Origin: Pseudonocardia sp.
GTDB lineage: Bacteria > Actinomycetota > Actinomycetes > Mycobacteriales > Pseudonocardiaceae
Length of the DNA stretch: 64,000 nucleotides
Assembly: GCA_036265695.1 (NCBI GenBank)
Contig: DATAOO010000377.1
Coordinates: forward strand, 11,716-75,715
Direction: 5' to 3'
Every line of letters starts with the position of its first letter. Positions within the stretch are counted from its first letter, which is position 1. Under the pieces are notes generated by a model. It saw nothing but the letters and a program-made list of their open reading frames with translations. It did no database searches and was not told where the DNA came from. The position numbers were made by a program, and so were the translations under genes. This document shows positions 21,825 through 31,135 of the stretch, piece by piece.

Positions 21825-23687
21825 TCAGGGTGCGACGTCGAGCGACGGGTTGTGGTCGAAGAACCCGGTGGGCTTGAGCCAGAACGACACGGTGTCGGCG
21901 GGCATGATCGGCCAGTCCTCGACGCGCGGGACGTGGTGGATGCCGAACGTGTACCAGAGCACGACGTCGGTGTTGTCGATCGAGCGCCCGGCCGCCGTCC
22001 ACACCGGAAGGCCCTCGTCCTCGGCGCTCTGGTTCACGAACTCGCCGCACGGCCAGCGCTCCTCGCGGGCGTACGGGGTGACCCACAGCGTGTGCTCCAG
22101 CACCCGGGCGCGGCGCAGCACGGGCGAGCTCGGGTCGAGCATCGGCGGCACCGCGGCGCTCGGCACCAGCTTGTAGGCCACCGGCGTGCCCACCTTGTTG
22201 CGCACGTTCGGGTTGGTGACCTTCCACGCGCGCTGGGTGGACCAGTCGAAGTCGAAGCCGCCCTCGGTGCCGAGCGGCAGCGAACGCTGGGCGAGCGCGA
22301 GCCCGTGCGGGTTGTCCGGGCCGATGGGCAGCTGCTCGGTCTCGGACATGACGACGGTGTTGTCCGGCCCGTCGACCTCCATGTCGAGCCGGACGGTGAG
22401 GAAGTGCTGGTGGATCGGCGCGTAGGTCTGCGTGTCGACGACCGTGCCGTACGGCGGCGGGTCGTCGCCCTCGAACGGCGTGGTGACCATGATGCCGGTG
22501 GCGCGCACCTCGCACTCGATGTTGCCGTCCTGGTAGAAGCGCCAGTAGACGAGGTACTCGTAGTTGGCCACCGTGACGTGGAAGGACACGACGAGCCTGC
22601 GCATGCGGCGCACCTCGGCGCCCGCCCGCTCGTCCACGTGCTTCCAGAGGACGGCGTTGTCCTCCTCGTGGATGCAGATCGCGTTGCGGACCGTCTGCGG
22701 CTCGCCCGCCGAGTCGTGCAGCACGGCGTCGAGGTAGCGGATCTCGCCGAGGCAGTCGCAGCCCAGCGCGAGCGACGTCGTCATGAAGCCGAGGCCCCAC
22801 TCGCCGATGTCGTAGGCGGTGCGGCGCACGTGGTCGGGCGTCGGGTCGCGGTAGGGCACCACCATCTCGGCGAACGAGATGCGGTGCGCGATCGACCGGC
22901 CGCCGTAGGAGACGCGGTGCAGGACCAGGCCCTCGCGGTAGCCGAAGCCCAGCCGCAGGCGCCAGCCCTGCCACGACAGCGCGTTGCCGTCGAGGCGGAA
23001 CGAGACGCCGTCGGGCTGCCGGATCTCCAGGGGCTTGAGGTCGACGCGCTGCTGCAGGCCCGGCACGTGCTGGGGCACGTACTCGCCCTGCACCTCGGGG
23101 AACCCGGCCGACGGGGTGTCCTCGACCTCCAGCAGCTCCATCGTGTTGAGGTCGACCACGAGCTTCAGCCCGCTCACCGGGTGCGCGTAGGGGTTGGAGT
23201 CGTGGGAGTCGCGCAGCCAGATGTCGCACCACCCGATGCGGCGGCCCGTGTAGGCGGTGGGGATGAGGTGGGCGCCGTAGGTCCAGACGTCGACGAGCAC
23301 GAGATCGGGATCGGTGATCCCGCGCTTGGCGAGTGCCGCGAGGACGTCGGGGTGGCGGCGCATGGCCGCGTCGCAGTCGTGCCATTCGTCGACGGTGGCG
23401 TTGGGCTGCTTGCCCGGCTGGGCGTCCCAGGACAGGAGCGCGTCGTCGGTGAGCGAGAGCAGGCCGACGTAGGCGGTGCCGTCGTCGGTGTTCCAGGCGA
23501 CGACGCGGGCCTCCCGCTCGATCGGGTCGCCGGGCCGGAACGCGCGCACCACGTCCTTGGTCGGCTCCCGGAGCTCGACCGACGCGATGCGCCAATGGGG
23601 GCGCGCGACGTCCTTCTCACGCCGGAGGAGCTGCGCCACCGCGCGGAACTCGTCGGCGGACAGCGGGTCGAGCGGGTGGTCGCTCAC
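21825..23687 (-). CDS. copper/TPQ primary-amine oxidase
   Basis: HPLDPL, TVANYEY (TPQ consensus), HQH and HHVPR copper ligands, EDWPIMP. Confidence 0.93.
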   Translation of the reverse strand: MSDHPLDPLSADEFRAVAQLLRREKDVARPHWRIASVELREPTKDVVRAFRPGDPIEREARVVAWNTDDGTAYVGLLSLTDDALLSWDAQPGKQPNATVDEWHDCDAAMRRHPDVLAALAKRGITDPDLVLVDVWTYGAHLIPTAYTGRRIGWCDIWLRDSHDSNPYAHPVSGLKLVVDLNTMELLEVEDTPSAGFPEVQGEYVPQHVPGLQQRVDLKPLEIRQPDGVSFRLDGNALSWQGWRLRLGFGYREGLVLHRVSYGGRSIAHRISFAEMVVPYRDPTPDHVRRTAYDIGEWGLGFMTTSLALGCDCLGEIRYLDAVLHDSAGEPQTVRNAICIHEEDNAVLWKHVDERAGAEVRRMRRLVVSFHVTVANYEYLVYWRFYQDGNIECEVRATGIMVTTPFEGDDPPPYGTVVDTQTYAPIHQHFLTVRLDMEVDGPDNTVVMSETEQLPIGPDNPHGLALAQRSLPLGTEGGFDFDWSTQRAWKVTNPNVRNKVGTPVAYKLVPSAAVPPMLDPSSPVLRRARVLEHTLWVTPYAREERWPCGEFVNQSAEDEGLPVWTAAGRSIDNTDVVLWYTFGIHHVPRVEDWPIMPADTVSFWLKPTGFFDHNPSLDVAP

Positions 23688-23780
23688 GGGAGGCCTTTCT
23701 CCGGGGCGGTTGGCGCGTTGGCGGCTGCCGACAGTCTGTGGATCAGCGGCGTCGGTGCGCAATGTCACCCGACGAAGGGC

Positions 23781-23807
23781 GGTTACCTGCGCACGCGCAC
23801 GGGGTAG
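23781..23807 (+). promoter_or_regulatory. SigB/SigF-like promoter upstream of chaB
   Basis: GGTTA-N16-GGGTAG. Confidence 0.55.
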
Positions 23808-23839
23808 CCGAACAGCGGAACAAGCCGGAGGGAGCTGCC

Positions 23840-24271
23840 GTGCCGAGCGAGCACCAGCAGGCCGAGGAGATGCGTGACGACGTCCCGTCGACGATCGCCC
23901 GCTCCGACGACAAGGCCGTGCGCACGTACAAGAAGACCCTGGAGTCCGCCGAGGACAGCTACGGCCCGGGTGAGCGCGCCCACCGCGCCGCGTTCAGCGC
24001 GCTGAAGCACACCCACGAGAAGGTCGGCGACCACTGGGAGCCCAAGGAGGAGCCCGGCCCGTCGGACGCGCAGGCCGCGCAGAAGGGCGCCGACTCGCTG
24101 AAGCGCCCGAAGGAGACGGCCGACGGGGTCGACACCCGCGCGACCAAGGCCCACCTGCTCGAAGTGGCGAAGAAGCTCGGCGTCAGCGGCCGGAGCCGGA
24201 TGCGCAAGGACGAGCTCGTCGAGGCGATCCGCAAGGCCAACGCGCGGGCCACCCGCAAGGCGCGTTCGTGA
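23840..24271 (+). CDS. chaB: ChaB family protein with C-terminal Rho-N-like domain
   Basis: PSTIARS...AHRAAFSALKHTHEKVGDHWEPK; GRSRMRKDELVEAI; GGAGGG RBS. Confidence 0.8.
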   Translation: MPSEHQQAEEMRDDVPSTIARSDDKAVRTYKKTLESAEDSYGPGERAHRAAFSALKHTHEKVGDHWEPKEEPGPSDAQAAQKGADSLKRPKETADGVDTRATKAHLLEVAKKLGVSGRSRMRKDELVEAIRKANARATRKARS

Positions 24272-24948
24272 TGGCAGGCGAGCAGGTGGACACCGCGGTC
24301 TTCGACGTGGACGGCACCCTCGTCGACACCAACTACCAGCACGCGCTGTCCTGGTACCGGGCGTTCCGCCGGTTCGACATCGTGCTGCCGGTCTGGCGGC
24401 TGCACCGGGCCATCGGCATGGGCGGCGACAACCTCGTCGCGCACGTCGCGGGCCAGGACGTCGAGGACCGGCTCGGCGAGGAGCTGCGCAGCGGCTGGGA
24501 GGAGGAGTTCAACCGGCTCGTGCCCGAGGTGAGCGCGTTCGCGGGCGCCCACGAGCTGCTCGCCGAGGTCAAGTCCCGCGGGCTCAAGCTGGTGCTGGCG
24601 AGCTCCGGGAAGAGCGAGCACACCCGGCATTTCCTCGACCTGCTCGACGGCAAAGACATCGCCGACGCCTGGACGACGTCGGATGACGTCGAGGCGAGCA
24701 AGCCCGCCCCCGACCTCGTCAGCGTCGCGCTGGAGAAGGTGGGCGGCACCCGGGGCGTCATGATCGGTGACTCGGTCTGGGACGCGATCTCCGCCCGCGA
24801 GGTGGGTGTGCCGACGATCGCGGTCCGCACCGGCGGCTTCTCGACCGACGAGCTCCGCGACGCGGGCGCCGAGTGGGTGTTCGACTCCCTCGAAGAGCTG
24901 CGCGACGACATCGAGAAGACACCGCTCGGGCGAACGAGCGGCGCCTGA
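24268..24948 (+). CDS. HAD family hydrolase
   Basis: FDVDGTLVD, SKPAPD, GDSVWD. Confidence 0.88.
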   Translation: MMAGEQVDTAVFDVDGTLVDTNYQHALSWYRAFRRFDIVLPVWRLHRAIGMGGDNLVAHVAGQDVEDRLGEELRSGWEEEFNRLVPEVSAFAGAHELLAEVKSRGLKLVLASSGKSEHTRHFLDLLDGKDIADAWTTSDDVEASKPAPDLVSVALEKVGGTRGVMIGDSVWDAISAREVGVPTIAVRTGGFSTDELRDAGAEWVFDSLEELRDDIEKTPLGRTSGA

Positions 24949-24973
24949 CCGGGCATCCCCCCTCGACCCGCCC

Positions 24974-24998
24974 GGTTGGATCGTGGCGCACCGGGTAG
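24974..24998 (+). promoter_or_regulatory. SigB/SigF-like promoter
   Basis: GGTTG-N14-GGGTAG before the small acidic protein gene. Confidence 0.5.
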
Positions 24999-25023
24999 GT
25001 GTCCCTTGACGAAGGGAGTTCAG

Positions 25024-25257
25024 ATGTTCGAGAAGGTGCGCGAGGCCCTCGGCCGTCCGGCGACGGCGGAGGACGACGTGGAGCCCGACCCCGGCGTCGC
25101 CCGCACCCGGGAGACCGGCGGCGGGTCCGGCGACAGCGGGGACCAGGCGACGACCACCGGCACCGGGACGAGCGAGGAGTTCGTCGGTCGGGTGTCGGGG
25201 CAGGACGAGGGTGACGTCGGGGAGAGCGGCGCCGAGGCGCGGGCAGGCAGCGGCTGA
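25024..25257 (+). CDS. small acidic Gly-rich hydrophilic protein
   Basis: AAGGGAG RBS; EFVGRVSGQDEG...GAEAR; hydrophilin-like composition. Confidence 0.7.
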   Translation: MFEKVREALGRPATAEDDVEPDPGVARTRETGGGSGDSGDQATTTGTGTSEEFVGRVSGQDEGDVGESGAEARAGSG

Positions 25258-25427
25258 CCGACCGCGGCTGACCGACTGCGGCTGACCGACCGCGGCTGAT
25301 CGGCGCGGCTGATCGGCGCGGCAGACCGGCGCGGCAGACCGGCGCGGCAGACCGGCAGTGGCACAAAGGCAGCGGCACAACAGGCAGCGGCACAACAGGC
25401 AGCGGCACAACAGGCAGCGGCACGAGG
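25250..25427. repeat. compound degenerate tandem repeat (13-15-bp units)
   Basis: 3x GCGGCTGACCGAC(C/T), 2x GCGGCTGATCGGC, 3x GCGGCAGACCGGC, 1 variant unit, 3x AGCGGCACAACAGGC. Confidence 0.9.
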
Positions 25428-25434
25428 AGCGGGC

Positions 25435-26028
25435 GTGGGCGGCAGGGAACTCGGCAAGGGCGTCCTCGGCGGAGCGGCCGCAGGCGCCGTGGGCACGACC
25501 GCGCTCGAGCTCGTGAGCGGGGTCGACGCCGTCGTGCGGGGCAGGCCGTCCCGCGACGCGCCCGCGCGGCTCGTCGAGGCGGTGCTGTCGGCGGCCGCGC
25601 TCGGCGCGGCGAGCGGCGCCCGCAGCACGGCCGGGATCGCGGCGCTGGCTTTCACGTCGAGCCCCGACGACAACGGCCGGATCGCGAGCAAGCTGGGTTC
25701 CCGTGCGGGCAGGATCGGCGCGGCCGTGTCGGCCGGGGGCGAACTGGTCGCGGACAAGCTCCCCGCCACCCCCGCCCGCACCGGCCCGCCCGGCCTCGCG
25801 GCCCGCGTGGTGCTCGGCGGGATCGCGGCCGCGGGCGTGGCAGCCCGCAAGGGCGAGGGTCCTGGTGTGCCCGTGCTGGTCGCGGTCGGCACCGCCGTCG
25901 CCGCGGCGTTCCTCGGCGAGCGGCTACGGGGGGTCGTAGCGGGTCGGCTCGGGTCCGACCTGCCGGGTGCGTTCAGCGAGGACGTCCTCGCCGCGCTGCT
26001 GGCCCTCTGGGGTGCGCGCCGCCGCTAA
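25435..26028 (+). CDS. membrane protein (DUF4126-like)
   Basis: GAASGARS, GELVADKLPATPART..GLAAR, AFSED; GAGGAG RBS. Confidence 0.65.
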   Translation: MGGRELGKGVLGGAAAGAVGTTALELVSGVDAVVRGRPSRDAPARLVEAVLSAAALGAASGARSTAGIAALAFTSSPDDNGRIASKLGSRAGRIGAAVSAGGELVADKLPATPARTGPPGLAARVVLGGIAAAGVAARKGEGPGVPVLVAVGTAVAAAFLGERLRGVVAGRLGSDLPGAFSEDVLAALLALWGARRR

Positions 26029-26047
26029 CACGGCGCCGATGGCCCCG

Positions 26048-27010
26048 CTAGCGGGTGAGGTCGTCCAGCTCGTGGGTGCGCACGGCGGCGTCGTCGTCAC
26101 GGCGGGCCAGGCCGCCCAGCGGGCGCAGCCGGTCGCGAAGGCGGTGCCCCGGCACCCTGCGGTCCCCGTCGTCGTGGTGCGGCAGGAGCCGGTTGACCAG
26201 CGAGACCAGCCGCAACGACGTGCAGGGCGCGATCGCGTGCGCCCGCGAACCCAGCTTGGCCAGCGGCGTCAGGATGATCTCCGGGCGCCTGCGGAGGGTG
26301 GCGTGCACCAGCCGCCGCGCCGCCCGTTCAGCGTCCATCGACACGAGGGGCAAGTTGGCGGCTGCGGTGAACCACCGGCTCTCCGCCGCGCCGTCCCCGC
26401 TGAACAGCGCGTTGCGGGGGGAGCCGGTGCGCATCAGGCCCGGCACGCCCACCGTCACCGAGACGCCTTCGCGGATCATCTCGACCCGCAGACCCTCGGC
26501 GAACCCGACCGCGGCGTGCTTGGCGGCGGTGTAGGGGAGCAGGTGCGGCGCCGGGAGCTTGCCGCCGACCGAGGTCACCGCGAGCACGTTGCCCCGGCTC
26601 CGCCGCAGCAGCGGCATCGCCGCGGTGCTGACGTGCAGCGCGCCCCAGAACATCACGTCCATCGCCTCGGCGTAGTCGGCCTCCGACATGACGGCGGCCG
26701 GGCCGACCTGGATCACCCCCGCGTTGAGCACGAGGACGTCGAGCCTGCCGAACCGGCGCTCGGCCTCAGCCACGACCGATCGCGCCTCGTCCGGCTTGCC
26801 GACGTCGGCCGCCACCGTCGCGACCTGGACGCCCGTGCCCGCGAGGTCGGTCTCGGCGGCCCGCAGGCCGTCCGCGGAGCGCGCGCAGAGCACCAGGTCG
26901 TACCCGTGCCGGGCCAGCTCGCGGGCGATCAGGAAGCCGAGCCCGCGGCTGCCCCCGGTGACGACGGCGACGGGTCGTGCTCCTCTGCGGCCAGGCGCTG
27001 GGTTCCCCAT
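26048..27010 (-). CDS. SDR family oxidoreductase
   Basis: TGGSRGLG, LNAG, YTAAK, PGLMRTGS. Confidence 0.88.
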   Translation of the reverse strand: MGNPAPGRRGARPVAVVTGGSRGLGFLIARELARHGYDLVLCARSADGLRAAETDLAGTGVQVATVAADVGKPDEARSVVAEAERRFGRLDVLVLNAGVIQVGPAAVMSEADYAEAMDVMFWGALHVSTAAMPLLRRSRGNVLAVTSVGGKLPAPHLLPYTAAKHAAVGFAEGLRVEMIREGVSVTVGVPGLMRTGSPRNALFSGDGAAESRWFTAAANLPLVSMDAERAARRLVHATLRRRPEIILTPLAKLGSRAHAIAPCTSLRLVSLVNRLLPHHDDGDRRVPGHRLRDRLRPLGGLARRDDDAAVRTHELDDLTR

Positions 27011-27047
27011 GGCCTACGGGGTCCCCGAATTGGCCCCGGTCATGCGT

Positions 27048-27072
27048 GTTTCGTCCCGGTGCGGCCGGGAAC
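27048..27072 (+). promoter_or_regulatory. SigB/SigF-like promoter, probably leaderless
   Basis: GTTT-N15-GGGAAC, 10 nt before ATG 27083. Confidence 0.6.
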
Positions 27073-27082
27073 GCCTGCGGTC

Positions 27083-28300
27083 ATGCGCGCAGTGACGTGG
27101 CACGGCCGACACGACGTCCGGGTGGACACGGTGCCCGACCCCGAGCTGAAGGAGCCCACCGATGTGATCGTGCAGATCACCTCGACCGGCATCTGCGGCT
27201 CCGACCTGCACCTCTACTCCGTGCTCGGGCCCTTCCTCGAGGAAGGCGACATCCTCGGCCACGAGCCGATGGGCGTGGTCGTCGAGACGGGCGCCGAGGT
27301 CACGGCACTGCGGAAGGGCGACCGCGTGGTGGTGCCCTTCAACGTCTCGTGCGGCACGTGCTTCATGTGCGGCCACGGCCTGCACTCGCAGTGCGAGACC
27401 ACGCAGGTGCGCGAGCAGGGCAAGGGCGCCGCCCTGTTCGGCTACACGAAGCTCTACGGTCAGGTTCCCGGCGGGCAGGCCGAGTACCTGCGAGTGCCGT
27501 TCGGCAACACCCTGCCGATCAAGGTGCCGGACGGGCCGCCGGACGACCGGTTCGTCTACCTCTCCGACGTGTTGCCGACCGCCTGGCAGGCGGTCGAGTA
27601 CGCGGCGGTGCCACCCGGCGGCTCACTCGTCGTGCTGGGGCTCGGCCCGATCGGCGACATGGCCGTGCGCGTCGCGCGCCACCGCGGCATCGACCGCGTC
27701 ATCGGCGTCGACCGCGTGCCCGAACGCCTGGCTCGCGCGCATGCGCACGGCGTGACCGCCCTCGACCTCACCGAGCACGGCAAGGACCTCGCCGACGTGG
27801 TCCGCGGCATGACCGACGGCCGCGGCCCCGACGCGGTGATCGACGCCGTCGGCATGGAGGCCCACGGATCACCCGTCGGCACGGTGGCCCACCAGATCGC
27901 GGGCCTCCTGCCCGACGGCGTCGCCGCGAAGATGATGGAGACCGTCGGCGTCGACCGGCTGAACGCGCTCTACACCGCGATCGAGCTGGTGCGCCGCGGC
28001 GGCACGATCTCCCTGAGCGGCGTGTACGGCGGAATGGCCGACCCGATGCCGATGATGACCTTGTTCGACAAGCAGATCCAGCTGCGGATGGGGCAGGCCA
28101 ACGTCCACCGGTGGGCGCCCGACATCCTCCCGCTGCTGATCGAGGGGGACCCGTTCGGCACCGAGGGCTTCGCCACGCACCGGCTCCCCCTGGAGTCGGC
28201 GCCCGACGCCTACGCCACCTTCCAGGCCCGCCGCGACGGCATGGTCAAGACGCTCCTGCAGCCCGCGGCCGCCCCGCAGGCCGTGGACCCACCGCGATGA
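27083..28300 (+). CDS. zinc-dependent alcohol dehydrogenase (FDH-like MDR)
   Basis: ICGSDLHLY, GHEPMG, CGTCFMC..C, LSDVLPTAWQA, GLGPIG. Confidence 0.9.
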   Translation: MRAVTWHGRHDVRVDTVPDPELKEPTDVIVQITSTGICGSDLHLYSVLGPFLEEGDILGHEPMGVVVETGAEVTALRKGDRVVVPFNVSCGTCFMCGHGLHSQCETTQVREQGKGAALFGYTKLYGQVPGGQAEYLRVPFGNTLPIKVPDGPPDDRFVYLSDVLPTAWQAVEYAAVPPGGSLVVLGLGPIGDMAVRVARHRGIDRVIGVDRVPERLARAHAHGVTALDLTEHGKDLADVVRGMTDGRGPDAVIDAVGMEAHGSPVGTVAHQIAGLLPDGVAAKMMETVGVDRLNALYTAIELVRRGGTISLSGVYGGMADPMPMMTLFDKQIQLRMGQANVHRWAPDILPLLIEGDPFGTEGFATHRLPLESAPDAYATFQARRDGMVKTLLQPAAAPQAVDPPR

Positions 28301-28337
28301 CGGACCTACTGCGATGACGGACCTACTGCGATGACGG
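28294..28337 (+). repeat. 17-bp tandem repeat (2.6 copies) at a gene junction
   Basis: GCGATGACGGACCTACT x2 followed by GCGATGACGG. Confidence 0.92.
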
Positions 28338-28819
28338 CGGCCGACCGGCTCGGCACCTACCTCAACGGCCACCTGGCGGGCGCGAACGCGGGCGTCGCCA
28401 CCGCGGAACGGCTCGCCGGACGGATCCGCACCGAGCCGACGGCAGGCACGCTCGCGCAGCTCGTCGCGGACATCACGAGCGACCGCGAGCAGCTCAAGAC
28501 GATCATCGAACGGCTCGGCGTCTCCGGGCACCCGGTCAAGGAGGCCGTGGGCCGGGCCGCGGGCGAGGCGTCGCGGCTCGTCGTCGCCGAGGTGATGACG
28601 GGCAGCGAGCACCTCACCGTCCTCCTGGAAGCGGAGACCCTGGCCATGGGCATCCACGGCAAGCTCGCACTGTGGGAGGCGCTCCTGGCGGTGGTTCCCG
28701 CCTACCCGCGGCTGGCCGAGTTCGACCTGGCGGGCCTCGTCGCGCGGGCCCACGCGCAGCGCGACCGCGTCGAGGAGATCCGGCTCGCCGCCGTGCAGCG
28801 GTCGTTCGCCGTGGCGTGA
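28331..28819 (+). CDS. hypothetical protein, probable ferritin-like helical bundle
   Basis: YLNGHLAGA, LEAETLAMGIHGKLALW, RAHAQRDRVEEIR. Confidence 0.72.
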   Translation: MTAADRLGTYLNGHLAGANAGVATAERLAGRIRTEPTAGTLAQLVADITSDREQLKTIIERLGVSGHPVKEAVGRAAGEASRLVVAEVMTGSEHLTVLLEAETLAMGIHGKLALWEALLAVVPAYPRLAEFDLAGLVARAHAQRDRVEEIRLAAVQRSFAVA

Positions 28820-28832
28820 CCCGCGGGCAGGT

Positions 28833-29885
28833 GTGAAGTCGATCGTGCGGGGAACGCCGAGAACCGTGCAGCTGAGTTCGCTCTTGACCGAAGCACCCCC
28901 GAGGGCCACGTCCGAACCGCCTGCGACGCGGCTCGCGGCGATGCTGGAGTCCGACGAGGTCGCGCTCCCCGCCCCGGGCGGCGGCGACACCATCGCGCGG
29001 TGGGCGGCGCTGGCCCGCTGGGGCCGCACCGACCTGCCGCTCGCCCGGCTCGCCGAAGGCCACACCGACGCCGTCGCGATCCTGCGGGAGCTGGGTGGCA
29101 GGCCGCACCGGCACGCCTGTTACGGCGTCTGGGCGGCCCGGCCGGGGGGTGTCGGGGCCGAGCTCAACGGCGAACCGCGGCGGCTCACGGGCACGGTCCG
29201 CTTCTGCTCCGGTGCCCGCGACCTCGACCGTGCTCTGGTCGTCGCCGCGGCTCCGGACGGCATGCGGCTGGTCGACCTCGCGCTCGACCAGCCGGGTGTG
29301 CACCCGGTCGAGGGCAGCTGGGCCGCGCCGGGGATGCGCGCGAGCGACACCCTCGACGTCGTCTTCGACGACGTGCCCGTACCCGACGACGCGCTGGTCG
29401 GACCGCCCGACAGCTACCTGGCCCGCCCCGGGTTCTGGTGGGGCGGCGGGGGAGTGGCCGCGGTCTGGCTCGGCGGCGCGGCGGGCGTGCTCGACGACGT
29501 GCTCCCCTTCGTGGGCGCCGACCCGCACCGCCTCGCGCACGTGGGCGCACTGCACGCCGAGCTGCAGGCGGTCGACGCGCTGCTCGTGCGCACCGCCGAG
29601 ACGATCGACGCCGACCCGACCGACGCGCACCGCACTGCCGTGTGGACGGCCCGGGCCGCGGCGGAACGCGTCTGCCGCTCCGTGCTGGACCGGGCGCCGC
29701 TCGCGGCAGGCGCCGCGGGCATGGCGAGCTCGGCCACGCTGGGCCCGCGCCTGGCCGACCTGCAGGTCTTCATCCGCCAGCACCACGGGGAGCGCGACCT
29801 GGCGGCGTTGGGCGCGGCCGTGACCGAGGTCGTCGCCGGGGTCGTCGCCGGGGTCGTCGCCGGGGTCGTCACGGAGGCCCGGTGA
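28833..29885 (+). CDS. acyl-CoA dehydrogenase-like protein (start uncertain)
   Basis: LARLAEGHTDA, FCSGA, GMRASDT, YLARPGFWWGG, DLQVFIRQHH. Confidence 0.8.
   Translation: MKSIVRGTPRTVQLSSLLTEAPPRATSEPPATRLAAMLESDEVALPAPGGGDTIARWAALARWGRTDLPLARLAEGHTDAVAILRELGGRPHRHACYGVWAARPGGVGAELNGEPRRLTGTVRFCSGARDLDRALVVAAAPDGMRLVDLALDQPGVHPVEGSWAAPGMRASDTLDVVFDDVPVPDDALVGPPDSYLARPGFWWGGGGVAAVWLGGAAGVLDDVLPFVGADPHRLAHVGALHAELQAVDALLVRTAETIDADPTDAHRTAVWTARAAAERVCRSVLDRAPLAAGAAGMASSATLGPRLADLQVFIRQHHGERDLAALGAAVTEVVAGVVAGVVAGVVTEAR
29828..29870 (+). repeat. 12-bp in-frame tandem repeat (VVAG x3)
   Basis: GGTCGTCGCCGG x3 plus a partial copy at the 3' end of the ACAD-like gene. Confidence 0.85.
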
Positions 29886-31135
29886 CGCCGCCCACGACGC
29901 CGACCGAAGCCTGGTCCGCCGCCATAGCGCGGCACGCCGTCCCGCCGATGCCGGTCGAGGGCGGACGGCTGGTGGTCGTGGCCGCCCACCCCGACGACGA
30001 GACGCTCGGCGCGGGCGGGTTCCTGCAGGCGGCCCGCGCGGCGGGCGCGGACATCGAGCTGGTGGTGGCCACCGACGGCGAGGCCGCCTTCGGCCCACCG
30101 GACGACGAGCTGCGGCGCACCCGTCAGCAGGAGCTGCGCGCCGCGCTCGACCAGATCGGCCTCGACGACGTGCCCGTGCACCACCTCGGCCTGCCCGACT
30201 CCGGCCTGGCGGGCTGCCACGACGAGCTCGTCGACGCGCTCACGCCGCTGCTGGCGGGCGCGGACACCGCGCTGGCCCCGTGGACCGGCGACCCGCACCC
30301 CGACCACGCCGCCGCCGGGCACGCCGTGCTCGCCGCCGCCACAGCCGCGACGCACCGGTGGGCGTACCCGATCTGGACGCTTCCGTGGTCGACGCCCGAC
30401 GAGCAGGCGATCCCGTGGCCGCACGCCGCGGTGCTCACGCTGGACGCGTCCGCCGCCGCCGCGAAGCGCCGCGCGGTCAGCCGGTTCGCCTCGCAGATCG
30501 GCGGGCCCACGCCCATCCTCGCGGCCGACGTGCTCGCGCACTTCGACAGCGGGCAGGAGCTCTTCTTCCGGGTCCCGCGCACCGCGTCGGCCCCGGTCGC
30601 CCGGTTCGCGGACCTGTACGGCGGCGGTGGCGACCCCTGGCAGACCCGCACCAGCTGGTACGAGCGGCGCAAGCGGGACGTCGTGCTCGCCTGCCTCCCG
30701 CGGCCCCGCTACCGGCACGTGGCCGAGCCCGGCTGCGGGCTGGGGCTGCTGACCGCCGGGCTCGCGGCCCGCGGCGACCGGGTGACCGCGTCCGACCCCG
30801 TCCCCGAGGCCGTCGACGCCGCGCGGCAGCTCGCGGCCGACAACGTCGCCGTGCTCCGCGCCGCCCTGCCTGACGAGCGCGCGCTCCCCGCCGACGCCGA
30901 CCTCGTCGCGCTCAGCGAGGTGCTCTACTACCTCGCGGCCGACGACGCCGCGCAGGTCGCCGACCGCATCCCCGCGGCTGCCGACGTGGTGCTCGTGCAC
31001 TGGCGCGGCTGGCCCGCCGAAGCCCCGCGGGACGCCGCCGCGACGCACCGCCAGCTGACCGACGACCCGCGCTTCGCCACCCTCGTGGAACACGTCGACG
31101 AGAGCTTCCTGCTCCATGTGCTGCGGCGTCGATGA
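29882..31135 (+). CDS. PIG-L/LmbE family deacetylase fused to a NodS-like SAM methyltransferase
   Basis: AAHPDDETLG, HPDH; DPWQTRTSWYERRK, EPGCGLG, SEVLYY. Confidence 0.87.
   Translation: MTPPTTPTEAWSAAIARHAVPPMPVEGGRLVVVAAHPDDETLGAGGFLQAARAAGADIELVVATDGEAAFGPPDDELRRTRQQELRAALDQIGLDDVPVHHLGLPDSGLAGCHDELVDALTPLLAGADTALAPWTGDPHPDHAAAGHAVLAAATAATHRWAYPIWTLPWSTPDEQAIPWPHAAVLTLDASAAAAKRRAVSRFASQIGGPTPILAADVLAHFDSGQELFFRVPRTASAPVARFADLYGGGGDPWQTRTSWYERRKRDVVLACLPRPRYRHVAEPGCGLGLLTAGLAARGDRVTASDPVPEAVDAARQLAADNVAVLRAALPDERALPADADLVALSEVLYYLAADDAAQVADRIPAAADVVLVHWRGWPAEAPRDAAATHRQLTDDPRFATLVEHVDESFLLHVLRRR

Noticed and set aside
20266-23807. 1109-aa and 1137-aa ORFs
   Set aside because: Alternative-frame and antisense shadows of the dehydrogenase and amine oxidase genes
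25250-25427. CRISPR array, or Cys-rich RiPP/metallothionein (CRCLL / CCAAA translations)
   Set aside because: Units are contiguous with no spacers and no cas genes; the Cys-rich peptides are translations of the repeat without RBS support
8625-28300. Recent duplication of the two 405-aa Zn dehydrogenases
   Set aside because: Equal length appears coincidental; the sequences are clearly divergent subfamilies
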